Shown here piece by piece: positions 63,604 to 64,000 of a stretch of DNA of 64,000 bases. Each line of letters starts with the position of its first letter. Within the stretch, counting starts at the first letter, position 1. A program made the position numbers and the translations under genes. The stretch is taken from the NCBI GenBank assembly GCA_964247055.1, contig OZ176053.1:5270001-5334000 (forward strand). The letters are read 5' to 3'. The notes beneath the pieces were generated by a model. It worked only from the letters and a program-made list of their open reading frames with translations, searched no databases and was not told the DNA's origin. The DNA comes from Paragordius varius. Lineage: Eukaryota > Animalia > Nematomorpha.

Positions 63604-64000
63604 TATTAAATACCAAGAGATATTTTTTTCATAGTCGAAATAAATGAGAGGGTTGGTCCACTCAGTAGTGTACACTTCTGCTTTCCATTCAAAAATGATT
63701 TTTTGATTTTAAAAGAGTTTTTATTAAAAAAATTAATTTTTTTTAAAAAATGGTGTGACAGATACAATGTGATATTTATATTTACCAAGATATAATAGTA
63801 AAACGGAACGGATAAAATGGTTTAGGCTACAAGTTAAAATTGCTCTGGGTGATTTTGGCTCCTTTTTTTATAATTGGTCTGATTACTTAATATAGTGTTA
63901 TTTTAACCACAAAAATAACTCAAGATTCATAGAATGCTAATCTATATATATTTATAAAAATGATGTTGGCTTTAAAAGTTTTTTCAAATATATAAATTCA

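Noticed and set aside
1-64000. Prokaryotic, viral or horizontally acquired system (operon, defence island, prophage)
   Set aside because: All recognisable genes are animal-type and spliced or compositionally eukaryotic, and no bacterial or viral hallmark ORFs were seen.

Overview
This is very AT-rich, intron-containing, transposon-dense DNA from an invertebrate animal; the taxon cannot be fixed from the sequence. It is not prokaryotic and has no CRISPR array. I reconstructed these host genes by hand-splicing at GT-AG sites and recognising motifs from memory, without database searches: CDT1 (-, 9035-11826); two highly diverged, divergently oriented serpin paralogues (-, 20499-22843; +, 30901-32691); GPATCH1 (-, 33493-44729); a SOUL/HEBP-family gene (-, ~47190-48290); a GH18 chitinase with an intact DxxDxDxE motif (-, 51285-56065); two tandem intronless Arg/Ser/Lys-rich protamine-like ORFs (-, 57248-57691 and 59043-59795); and an unassigned secreted Cys-rich protein (+, 61878-63603). 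One dispersed 5S rRNA copy and one tRNA-derived SINE-like sequence are present. Mobile DNA includes two Penelope-like (GIY-YIG) retroelements with inversions, two decayed hAT transposons with perfect 8-bp TSDs, several hAT- and TTAA-type MITEs, an RTE fragment and a Helitron 3' end. Seven foldback-like elements in three sequence families share the terminus TATACCATTT...AAATGGTATA and 21-bp subterminal repeats. The most interesting leads are that foldback lineage, the protamine-like precursor pair, the probably non-inhibitory serpins and candidate 24-25 nt introns in CDT1. Exon boundaries are manual predictions that need RNA-seq confirmation.
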